Source: Anaeramoeba ignava BMAN (lineage: Eukaryota; Protista; Anaeramoebae). Taken from it: a stretch of DNA of 64,000 nt. Under the pieces are notes generated by a model that saw only the letters and a program-made list of their open reading frames with translations, made no database searches and had not been told where the DNA came from. The stretch covers positions 682,001 through 746,000 of the forward strand of contig JAPDFW010000063.1 in the NCBI GenBank assembly GCA_028826165.1. Direction: 5' to 3'. Below, piece by piece: positions 31,053-42,454 of this stretch. The translations under genes were made by a program, and so were the position numbers. How positions within the stretch are numbered: position 1 is the stretch's first letter; each line of letters opens with the position of its first letter.

Positions 31053-34000
31053 TTAATTGTTATTATTGTTCAAAGGTTCAATAGCCAAAGATAATTCCCA
31101 CATTTGATCTTCAGTTAAAATAACACCACGCTCAAAAAATTGTTTGATTTCATTAACAAAAAGAAAGTTGAATTTGCTTGATTGAAAATGTTTAATCTTT
31201 TTCAAAACGGAAAAAAAACGTCTTCTTTTAGTCCAATTAATCAAGTTGTTTTCAATTCGACTTGGAAGTTCTTCGATGTTAGTTAAGTCAGCAAGATAGA
31301 CACCGAGATAAGGAAGAGCTGGAAGGGAAACTTTCTGGAATTCAATTCGGAAATTTTTGTATCCATAGAGCGCAGAAGTCATATCATCATATATTTTCAA
31401 GCGCCTACGCAATTTTATGGGCACTTTCATCCAAGTTTGGCGAAGTCTTTCCACAGCTGCATTCTGAAGTCCTGCAACAAAACACATGATGTCGTTGAAG
31501 TTTTTTGCGTCGTAAAGATGCTCGATGATTTTGATTGTCTTGGAAATTAAAGCAACTCTTTTTTTCAGGTTTTTTTCGTTGAGAATGTAAGACGAAATTA
31601 AGTCCGATAAAAAATTAAATCTTCGGATAAGAACAACAATATTTGGACTTAATTCCTTTTTATTGCGTTTTGTCCAGGATTGATTCAACAATTCTGCTGT
31701 CTTGATTTTTGAAAATAGGGTTTGAGTGTGGAGCGTGATTTGGCGTGCAATTTCAACGTCTGGGATTTGCATAAAAGTGAGTTTGAATGGATCCATTGTT
31801 TTCGGTAATTTTGGTTTCGGAGGCTTTTTTTGCTTTTGATTCGGATTCGTTTTGAGCATGTCGTAATTACTTATGCTGTTCGATCTTGATCTTGAATCGA
31901 ATTTATTATTAATATTATCGTCACTTTGTTGTCGATTGAATTTTCCGCTTGAATTACTTTTTTCGATATTATTTTGATTTTTATCATTTTCTTTCTCTTT
32001 TTCTTTTTCTTCAATTGATTGTAAAAGAAAACTTTCATTCAAATCCTCAATCGTGATCCAAGCAGAAAGTCTTCGTATTTTTTTCTTGTGAGTTAATATA
32101 TCTTCCAGTTGGCTTCCTTTGCTGATAATATTCGGGTCTGTGTGTTTCTTTAAAAGATCCTCCACAAAATTGATAATCATTGATTTGACTTCCTTGTGAA
32201 GATGGAATGGATTCAATCTTACAAACTGATAAATAACTTCCAAAACATTCAGTTGGATTTGGTTCTTCTGTTTTTCTGAAATGACTTTTTCTCCCAGTTT
32301 TTCTGCGCTTGGAACATGGAATCTGTCGAATAGTTTTTGAAGAAATACGACTTCTTGCGTTATTGTTGGAAGAAGTTCTAAAAATAAACTGATAAATTGT
32401 GTTTTGCATCCGTGTTCTGATGTGAGAATTTCAATTGATTTGTTTAAACTTGCTGCTTTTAACGCCTCAAACCCATTTGTTTCATCCATTGATTGCTCCC
32501 ATATTACGTTGTCTATTGAAGATATATATTCATCCCAGAATCTACTTTTGTCATCAGCTAATAAAATTCAATTTATCAATTTAATATTTTTTTATTTGGA
32601 AATTTTTAACTAATTTTTTTTACCTAATCTTGAAGACGGTTGATTTGGTTGTGGTTTTTGTTCGCCTCCATCATTCTCATTATCAGATAGCTTAATTTCT
32701 TCTTGATAAGTAGGAGATTTACTTAAAATCAATTTTCCTGAGGTATCAAGTCTAGGAATTAATTTCAAAATGGATTTTGCTCGGATTCCTTGAGTAGTTA
32801 AAGGTAAATCTTCATCCAAAAGTAACAGTTCAGAAATTTGTTTAGGATCAAGAGTTTCTTGAGGTTGAATTATTTCCGAATTATCAGAAACAAATTCATC
32901 AGTATTAAACTCATCGCTATCAGATAAATCAACTTCCTTGATTTGCTTGTTATCATTGTTTTTCTGATTATTTTTCTGATTGTTTTTCTGATTGTTTTTT
33001 TCATCTTCTTGACTTGAGTTATCTTGATATAATATATGATACAATGAATAAATTCCTCTTGAATCTAATTGATATCCTTCGCAAAATTGGGTTATTAATG
33101 TCCTCACTTTTGTTGAAAAATTCACTACAATATTCACTTCTTTATCCGATATTTTTTGTCCTGTTTTTGCATCTATTTCAGGATAAATCATTTTAATTTG
33201 ACCTGGTTTTTGTTGGAATTGAAAGAAAAGATATCCTTCTTTCTATAATATTTTGCAAAATTAAATTTAATTATTTTTTTTTTGAAAATGAATTCAATTA
33301 TTTTTTACATAAAATTGCTTTAAATAAGTTGAAATGGTAGATTTTTCAGAAGATTCAAGCCAAATTCCAAATTGTTTTTTTTTGTTAATATCACTAAATT
33401 TAGTTTCTTTCTCAATAGATAAAAAAGAACAAGAATCACCAGAAGAAATTCGATCAATTTCATTTCTTTGAGAAATAGTATTAGGATTTTGGAACAAAAT
33501 TCCATATTCGCTTTTAGGAAGTTTAAGATCTAAACACATTGAGCTAATAATATTTGAAACTTTTTCTTCAATTGGAACTGTTTTCCATCGTGGTGTTAAA
33601 TCTTGTGGATTTGGAGGAAGTGTGATATCGACTTCTTTTGGAAATTTGTGTCGAATATCAAATGAGATGATGTTTTTTAAATTCAAATTTTTTATTTGTG
33701 TTGATTCTGCAATGAATTCTCCTTCAAATTTTGTTGAGCTTTGAATTAATGAAAATAATCCATATTGTGATGCTTCACATTCGTGTTTCTTGCTGAACTG
33801 TTCAATTATTTCTTTTGCGGTTAATTCAACTGCAAATCTCATAGATGTTCCTAATGTTTCTGGTATTTGTATTTCAACTGTTTGATCGTTTGATTGTTCT
33901 AAACTTTGTAACTATTTAATTTTCAATATTAATTTTATAAATGAATTTTATAAATGAATTTTAATTTTAAATTTAATTTTAATTATATAAATGAATTTTG

Positions 34001-34673
34001 TTTTTATAAATGAATTTTGATTTTAATTTTAATTTTAATTTTGATTTTAATTTTAATTTTGATTTTAATTTTAATTTTAATTTTATAAATGAATTTTAAT
34101 TTTAATTTTGGTTTTATAAATGAATTTTAATTTTAATTTAAATTTTAATTTTAATTTTAATTTTAATTTTATAAATGAATTTTGATTTTAATTTTAATTT
34201 TAATTTTGATTTTGATTTGAATTTTGATTTTGATTTTAATTTTAATTTTAATTTTGATTTTAATTTTAATTTTAATTTTAATTTGAATTTTAATTTTAAT
34301 TTTAATTTTCAATATTAATTTTATAAATGAATTTTATAAATGAATTTGAATTTTAATTTTAATTTTATAAATGAATTTTGATTTTGATTTGAATTTTTAT
34401 TTGAATTTTGATTTTATAAATGAATTTTGATATAAATTTTTCTTTTTATTATTTTTGTTATTTTTTTTTTGATTTGTTTTGCTTTTGTTAAAATTAAATT
34501 AAATTATATTATATAAATATTGGGTTGCGTTTTTTAATTCAATTTAAAGTTTAATAAAAATAGTTTTGATAATTTTCCTTTTAATTTTAATTATAAAAAA
34601 ATTTTTCAACGAATTTTTTTTTTTTTTTCAAAATTTTGAAATAAATAAAACTTACAAGATTTAAAGTAGACAT
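31053..34673 (-). CDS. Ras guanine-nucleotide exchange factor (REM + CDC25 domains); exons 34673-34656, 33911-33309, 33242-32624, 32557-31053
   Basis: CDC25 motifs EIARQIT, KNFNDIMCFVAGLQNAAVERLRQTW, LPYLGVYLADLTNIEE and INWTKRR. Three GT-AG introns join in frame. The 18-nt first exon (MSTLNL|GTAAG) is less certain. Confidence 0.88.
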
Positions 34674-34889
34674 TTAATTAAAAGAATTAATTGAATTTTA
34701 AAGTAAAAAAGAAGTTTTTTTTTAAAAAAAAAATCAATAAAAACAAACAAAAAAAATTTTCGAAAATAAACAAAAACAAAAATAAAAAAAATAAAAATGA
34801 TCTTTAAAAAAAAAACAAAAAAAAAATTTTTCATAATTTATTACTCATTTTTGTTTTAAATTATTAAACAATTAAAAATTTTTCTTTTT

Positions 34890-36670
34890 TATTTTCCACA
34901 TTTTTATTCCACATTTTAATAAATAATTTAATAAATAAATTAATAAATAATTTAATAAATAATTTATTCCACATTTTCCTCAATTTTATTCCACATTTTT
35001 ATAAATAAATTAATAAATAATTTTATAAATAATTTAATAAATAAATTAATAAATAAATTAATAAATAAATTAATAAATAAATTAATAAATAATTTAATAA
35101 ATAATTTAATAAATAAATTAATAAATAATTTAATAAATAATTTAATAAATAAATTAATAAATAATTTAATAAATTAATAAATAATTTAATAAATAAATTA
35201 ATAAATAATTTAATAAATAATTTATTCCACATTTTCCTCAATTTTATTCCACAATTTTATTCCACATTTTTATAAATAAATTAATAAATAAATTAATAAA
35301 TAAATAAATAAATTAATAAATAATTTAATAAAATAATTTAATAAATATTTTAATAAATAAATTAATAAATAATTTAATAAATAATTTTATAAATAAATTA
35401 ATAAATAAATTAATAAATAATTTTATAAATAAATTAATAAATAATTTAATAAATAAATTAATAAATAATTTAATAAATAATTTAATAAATAATTTAATAA
35501 ATAATTTAATAAATAAATTAATAAATAATTTAATAAATAAATAAATAAATTAATAAATAAATTAATAAATAATTTAATAAATAAATTAATAAATAAATTA
35601 ATAAATAAATTAATAAATAAATTAATAAATAAATTTATAAATAATTTATTCCACATTTTCCTCAATTTTATTCCACATTTTAATTCCACATTTTAATTCA
35701 CATTTTAATAAATAATTTAATAAATAAATTAATAAATAATTTAATAAATAAATTAAATAAATAAATAAATTGATAAATAAATTAATAAATAATTTAATAA
35801 ATAAATTAATAAATAAATTAATAAATAAATTAATAAATAATTTATTCCACATTTTCCTCAATTTTATTCCACATTTTTATAAATAATTCAATAAATAATT
35901 TAATAAATAAATTAATAAATAAATTAATAAATAAATTAATAAATAAATTAATAAATAATTTAATAAATAAATAAATAAATTAATAAATAAATTAATAAAT
36001 AATTTAATAAATAAATTAATAAATAAATTAATAAATAAATTAATAAATAAATTAATAAATAAATTTATAAATAATTTATTCCACATTTTCCTCAATTTTA
36101 TTCCACAATTTTATTCAATATTTTTATAAATAAATTAATAAATAAATTAATAAATAAATTAATAAATAAATTAATAAATAAATTAATAAATAAATTAATA
36201 AATAAATTAATAAATAATTTAATAAATAATTTAATAAATAATTTTATAAATAATTTAATAAATAATTTAATAAATAATTTTATAAATAATTTAATAAATA
36301 ATTTAATAAATAATTTAATAAATAATTTAATAAATAATTTAATAAATAAATTAATAAATAAATTAATAAATAAATAAATAAATAAATTAATAAATAATTT
36401 AATAAATAAATTAATAAATAATTTAATAAATAATTTAATAAATAATTTAATAAATAAATTAATAAATAAATTAATAAATAAATTAATAAATAAATTTATA
36501 AATAATTTATTCCACATTTTCCTCAATTTTATTCCACATTTTAATTCCACATTTTCCATAATTTAATAAATAATTTAATAAATAAATTAATAAATAATTT
36601 AATAAATAATTTAATAAATAATTTTATAAATAAATTAATAAATAATTTAATAAATAAATTTATAAATAAT
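34890..36670. repeat. Higher-order satellite: 12-bp AATAAATAA(A/T)TT units interrupted by six copies of a ~33-bp TTCCACA cassette
   Basis: Cassette TTTATTCCACATTTTCCTCAATTTTATTCCACA at about 34963, 35221, 35645, 35841, 36075 and 36506. Confidence 0.9.
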
Positions 36671-36708
36671 TTTTCATTTTTCATTTTTCATTTTTTCATT
36701 TTTTTAAA

Positions 36709-37171
36709 ATGTCTTTAGTTGAATTATCTTTAGTAGAAAATTTAAAAAATTCTTATCAAAAATTATTTCATTTAATTATGAACACAGAAGAAGAAACAAA
36801 TGAAAAAAAAAAACATTATTTAGCAACAGAAATACAACAAATTACAGATTCATTTTTTTATTCAGCAAAAAAACTTGATAATCAATTAATTAAAATTGAA
36901 TCAGGTTTAGATATTCCACTTGAAAAAAGAGAAGAATCAATATTTTCAATAAATGAAGTAAGTTTTATTAAAAGAAGAAAAAGAAAATTTTTAATTTTAA
37001 ATTTTAAATTTTAAATTTTAAATTTAAATTTTGTTTTAGGAAATTAAATATTTAGAAGAAAGAATTAAAAAAAAGGATCAATTAATTGAAGAAAATAAAA
37101 ATAGACTTGAAAAATGGAAAAAAGAATTAAGTGAATTAGAAAAAGAGAATGGAACTTTTATTGATAAATGA
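36709..37171 (+). CDS. Small coiled-coil protein resembling Mediator subunit 28; exons 36709-36957 and 37040-37171
   Basis: A GTAAGT..TAG intron joins in frame. FFYSAKKLD...EIKYLEERIKKKDQLIEENKNRLEKWKKEL resembles Med28 by recalled similarity; no search was run. Confidence 0.6.
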
Positions 37172-37179
37172 AATATAAA

Positions 37180-37515
37180 TTAATTTGGAAATTAAAATTA
37201 ATTTGGAAATTAAAATTAATTTGGAAATTAAAATTAAAATTAAAATTCATTTATGAAATTAAAATTAAAATTAAAATTGAAATTAAAATTAAAATTAAAA
37301 TTAAAATTAAAATTGAAATTAAAATTAAAATTAAAATTCATTTATGAAATTAAAATTAATTTGGAAATTAAAATTAAAATTAAAATTCATTTATGAAATT
37401 AAAATTAAAATTCATTTATGAAATTAAAATTGAAATTCATTTATGAAATTAAAATTAAAATTCATTTATGAAATTAATTTGGAAATTAAAATTAAAATTC
37501 ATTTATGAAATTAAA
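37180..37515. repeat. AAAATT hexamer array with AATTTGG and TTCATTTATG variants
   Basis: Seen directly, between two convergent genes. Confidence 0.85.
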
Positions 37516-37560
37516 ATTTTTTTTTTAAAATTTTTCTAAAATAAAAATAAAAAAATAAAA

Positions 37561-38148
37561 TTATAAAATATTGTTTTCAGATTTTGAAATTTGAATATCA
37601 GCTTCTTCAAGCAATCTTTGTTCTTCAATTTCCTTTAAATAAGAATCATCTTCATCATCAATTTTAAGTTTTAAATCTTGATTAATTTTATTTTGTCGAT
37701 CTTCTTTTTCCATAAGAATCAATTTTGCTTCAATAGAACGAATTTTTGACTCAGTAGAAATATTGTGAGACTTTGTTTGAGGATTAAATTGTGATTGTTG
37801 ATTATTAATTGTTAAAGAATAAGCGGTTTTTTCTAAATCATCCATAAATTCTTCTTTTTGTTCTTCCGCTTTTTTAACAACAAGTTTTCTTTTTAATAAA
37901 TAATGATCATTAAACATTTCAATTGCTTTTTTCATTTCGGAAACTTTTTCATATTCAACAAATGCATATCCTTTAAATTTTCCTTTGTTGGGACCGATAT
38001 GATGAAATACAAAATTAAGTCTCTTTATTTTTCCTGCTCTTCGAAATATTGATAAAATTATAAATTCAGTTATTCGAAGATCTAAATTTCCAATAAAAAT
38101 TGTTCTATCTGAAAATTTTGTTGTTGTTTCTGGTCTAAGTGAAGACAT
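37561..38148 (-). CDS. RBM18: Single-RRM RNA-binding protein, RBM18-like
   Basis: RNP2 IFIGNL and RNP1 KGYAFVEY; RBM18-type segments GNLDLRITE, FVFH..GP.KG and KIRSIEAKL. Confidence 0.8.
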   Translation of the reverse strand: MSSLRPETTTKFSDRTIFIGNLDLRITEFIILSIFRRAGKIKRLNFVFHHIGPNKGKFKGYAFVEYEKVSEMKKAIEMFNDHYLLKRKLVVKKAEEQKEEFMDDLEKTAYSLTINNQQSQFNPQTKSHNISTESKIRSIEAKLILMEKEDRQNKINQDLKLKIDDEDDSYLKEIEEQRLLEEADIQISKSENNIL

Positions 38149-38278
38149 TTTAAGAAATGAAAAAAATGAAAAAATGAAAAAATGAAAAAATGAAAAAAAT
38201 TTTTTTCCGATTTTAAATTTTAAAAAATAAATTTTTCATTTTTCTTTTAAATTAAAAAATAAATTTTAAAATTAAAAA

Positions 38279-41200
38279 ATGCTTCAATTAAATTTCAAAT
38301 TAGAACACCCAAAAAACTTAAAAAATATTTACATCACAGGTTCTCCAACAGAATTAGGAGGTTGGGATTTACAAAAAGCAATCCAACTTCAAACATCACA
38401 AAAAGAAATAAATAACGGAAATTTAATCAGCAAAACATCTATTAATTTAAAACAAATTCCAAGAAATACTTGCATTGAATACTCATTCTTCTCCAAAAAA
38501 AACCAAGAAATTTCATTTGAAAATGAAAAAAATAGAAAAATAAAACTTATTGCTTTTTCAACTGGAAATAAATTTTTTAATGATTATTGGGGAAAAATTG
38601 GCAAACAATTCCAATCAAAAATTATTATTCGTTTTAAAACAAGTTATAAAACTTATTTTGGTCAAAAATTATTTTTAACTGGAAATTGCAAAGAACTTGG
38701 AATGAATAATTTGAACAAAGCAATTGAAATGAATTTTATTAATCATGAATTAGAAAATTGGCAAGTTGATGTTGGATTCAATTTCATTTCAAAAGAAAAA
38801 GATATTAAATTTGCATTTTTTATCAGGGATCAAAATTACAAAATTATTACAGAATCTTCTTCAAGAGTTCTTCCAATACAAAGTTCTGTAAAGCGCGGCT
38901 TTATTCAAGTTAGTGCTTCTTTCAACGGAAATTCTCTTCCTCAAGATTACATTTATAATACTTCTCCTTTTATAAAAGTTTTTCCCAAAAAATTTCAAAT
39001 GAATTCTTTTGTTGTCTCAAAAATTCCTTTATGGGAATCACAAAATAGTTAAGGATTTTCTACAAAAAATTGATCAACACACAATATCTTAATTTTAACA
39101 TTAATTCCATTTTCTTTTTGTATTTCCATTTTTTAAACAGAAAAAATTCCTGTTCATTTCCAAATAATCTACTCAGATGAACTGGAAAATTACGAAATAA
39201 AACTCACAGGAAATTCATCTTCATTAGGAAATTTCAATCTCGAAAAATCAATCCCACTTTCAAATCAAAATTTCCCAATTTGGGAAACTATTGTTTGGAT
39301 GGATAAAGAAGAATTTCCAATTCAATATCAATATTTTCTCAATCCCATCAATTCACAAAATGAAAATCAAATTGAAAATCAAATTGAAAAAAAAAATATT
39401 ATTAAGGATAGAATCCACAATTTTCAAATCTCAAAATATTATGATCAGGAATTTATTCAAGATCCTCAAGCCATTTTCATTGATTCGGGAAAATTTAATT
39501 TGGAAAACAAACAAAATCCTAATATTAAAAAAGTTGCTGGTGTTTCTATCCCTCTATTTTCTCTAAGAAGTAAAAAGGGTCTTGGTGTTGGAGAATTCAC
39601 AGATATTCCAATTCTTGCCAAATGGGCAAAATCAGCAAATTTTAAATTCATTCAATTTCTTCCTGTTAATGATACAAGAATGACAGGAACAGAAAAAGAT
39701 GCAAACCCCTTTTTAATTTCTTCTTCCTTTGCTTTGCATCCCGTTTATATTAATCTAGATCAATTAAACCCTCCTCAAAACATCATGAAAATTGTGGAGC
39801 AAAAAAAAATGCAATTCAATAAAATGATCCCAAATGAAAAATCCAAAAAATCCAAAAAATCCATTTTCAAATATTCTCGCTTTAATTACTCAGAAATCAT
39901 CTCATTTAAAATGGAAATTCTTAAGCAAATCTACCAACTAAGAAAAGAAGATATTTTGAAAAATGATAAAATCCACAATTTTCTCGCTCAAAACTCCTTT
40001 TGGCTTCCTGCTTATGCTGTTTATTGCACACTTTCCGACAAGAATTCAACATTTGATTTTACGCAATGGAAACAATACTCAAAAATATCAAACCAAGAAA
40101 TTAATTATTTATTGTCACCAAAATCCGAAATTTATGAAGATGCCTTTTTTTATGTTTGGCTTCAGTTTATTCTTGATCAACAATTTTCTCAAGCAGTCAA
40201 AACCACAAATTCTCTTGGGATTTCATTAGTTGGAGAATTGCCTCTTTCTGTCAATCCAAAAAGCGCGGATACTTGGTTCTATTCTGATTTGTTTCATCAA
40301 AATCACTCATTGGGATTGTGTCCTGATTATTTTGATATTCGAGGGCAAAAGTGGAATTTACCTGTTTTTAATTGGAAAGAAATCGAAAAGAATAATTTTG
40401 AATATTTGAAGAGAAAAATTGAGAATTTGGGAAAATATTTTCAAGCCATTCGAATCGATAATATTTCAAGTTGGTTCAGGATTTGGGAAGTTCCAAATGA
40501 ATTTACACAGGGAATAATGGGTCATTTCGAACCTTCAATTCCTATTCATAAAAATGAACTATCATCAATTGGCATCAATGATTTCAAAAGACTTTGTGAA
40601 CCTTATTTACCTTTGCATGTTATTGTCAGTTATTTGGGCAAGGAAAATGCAGAAAATATGATTCCAATTTATTTTGAAAAGGATCAAGAAAATCCTGAAT
40701 TATATAAATTCAAACCAGATTTTGATACTCAAATGAAAATTTCAATGAAAATGGAAGATGGAGAATTAAAAGAAGGATTATTAGGTTTATTAACAGAAGT
40801 TTGTTTAATTGGAAAATCAAATTATGAGAAGTATTTTTCATTTTTAATATTTAATTAATATTTTTTAATATTTTTTAATATTTTAATTTTTTATGATTTA
40901 ATAGCTTTTTCCCAAGATTTAATTTCCATAAAACAATGTCTTTCCAAGAACTTGATGGAAATATCCAATTCAACATTTTAAAACTTTTCAATCAATACTT
41001 CAATGAAAGAAATGAAAATATTTGGATTCAATCAGGACAAACAAAATTATCATTATTTACTCAAACAACAGAAATGCTTATTATTGCAGAAAACTTCTCA
41101 AATTCAGATTCAGATTCAAATTCAGATTCAACTTTTATTGATATGGTTTTACAACAAATGAAAATTCCTCAATTAAAAATGGAAAGAATTCCAAAAGAAA

Positions 41201-41631
41201 AAATTAAGTCGCCTTTCAATAACATAAAATCATTTGAATTCAATTCAATCATTTCAACATCAACTCATGAAACTGAAAATATTCGTGAATGGTGGGAAAT
41301 TATGGAAAACAAAGATTTTTATTGGAAAAATATTCTTCATAGAAAAAAAAATCCTTCATATTTTGCTGAGGTTGATATTTGTCAACAAATAGTTAATCAA
41401 CATTTAAATTCTAATTCTGTTATTTGCTTTATCCCAATTCAAGACTTATTTTCTCTTTCTCCAAATTTGAGAATTCAAAATCCAAAAGATGAAAGAATTT
41501 TCTCTTTTGCTTTAAATGATGATTCACAATGGAAATATCAAATTCAAATTCCAATTGAAGATTTAATTTTGAATGAAAAAGAATTTACAAATAAAATTTC
41601 GAAAATGATAGAAATTTCTGGAAGGAATTAA
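38279..41631 (+). CDS. DPE2-like 4-alpha-glucanotransferase (GH77) with N-terminal CBM20 domains; exons 38279-39047, 39141-40830, 40905-41631
   Basis: CBM20 motifs (ITGSPTELGGWD, LTGNCKELG, LTGNSSSLGNF). GH77 motifs AGVSIPLFSLRS, GVGEFTD, IQFLPVNDT, SSFALHP, PDYFDIRGQKW and RIDN. Introns of phase 1 and 2 join in frame. Confidence 0.88.
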
Positions 41632-42450
41632 AATCAAAATTTAAAATCAAAATTCAAATTAAAATTAAAATTAAAATTAAAAATCAAAATTAAAATCAAA
41701 ATCAAAATCAAAATCAAAATCAAAATTTATTTTAAAAATCAAAATCAAAATTCAAATTAAAATCAAAATTAAAATTCAAAATCAAAATTCAATTTAATTT
41801 AAAATCAAAATTCAATTCAAAAAATTAAAATCAAAATTCAATTCAAAATCAATTTAAAATCAAAATTCAATTCAAAATCAAAATTCAATTCAAAATTTAT
41901 TTTAAAAATCAAAATCAAAATTCAATCCAAAATTAAAATTTAAATCAAAATCCAAATTCAAATTAAAATCAAAATCAATTTAAAATTCAAATTAAAATTA
42001 AAATTAAAATCAAAATTAAAATTAAAATCAAAATTCAATTCAAAATTCAAATTCCAATTGAAGATTTAATTTTGAATGAAAAAGAATTTACAAATAAAAT
42101 TTCGAAAATGATAGAAATTTCTGGAAGGAATCAAAATCAAAATCAAAATTAAAATTCAAATTAAAATTCAATCCAAAATTTAAATTTAAATTCAAATTAA
42201 AAATTAAAATCAAAATCAAAATCAAAATCAAAATCAAAATCAATTTAAAATCAAAATCAATTCAAAATTAAAATTCAATTCAAAATTAAAATTTAAATTC
42301 AAATTAAAATTAAAATTCAAATTAAAATTTAAATTCAATTTAAAATTAAAATTCAAATTAAAATTAAAATCAAAATCAAAATTCAATCCAAAATTTAAAT
42401 TAAAATCAAATTCAAAATTTATTTTAAAAATTTAATTTAAAAATTTAATA
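41632..42450. repeat. AAAATC/AAAATT hexamer array containing a duplicated 89-bp copy of the DPE2 3' coding end
   Basis: 42043-42131 duplicates 41540-41628. Confidence 0.9.
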
Positions 42451-42454
42451 AAAA

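Noticed and set aside
21629-36559. (IL)n, (DF)n, LLIRNIYK and LFIN repeat ORFs
   Set aside because: Satellite read-through with no coding signal.
34890-36670. CRISPR-like repeat-spacer appearance
   Set aside because: The spacers are runs of the same 12-mer rather than unique sequences, their lengths vary widely, there are no cas genes, and the context is eukaryotic.
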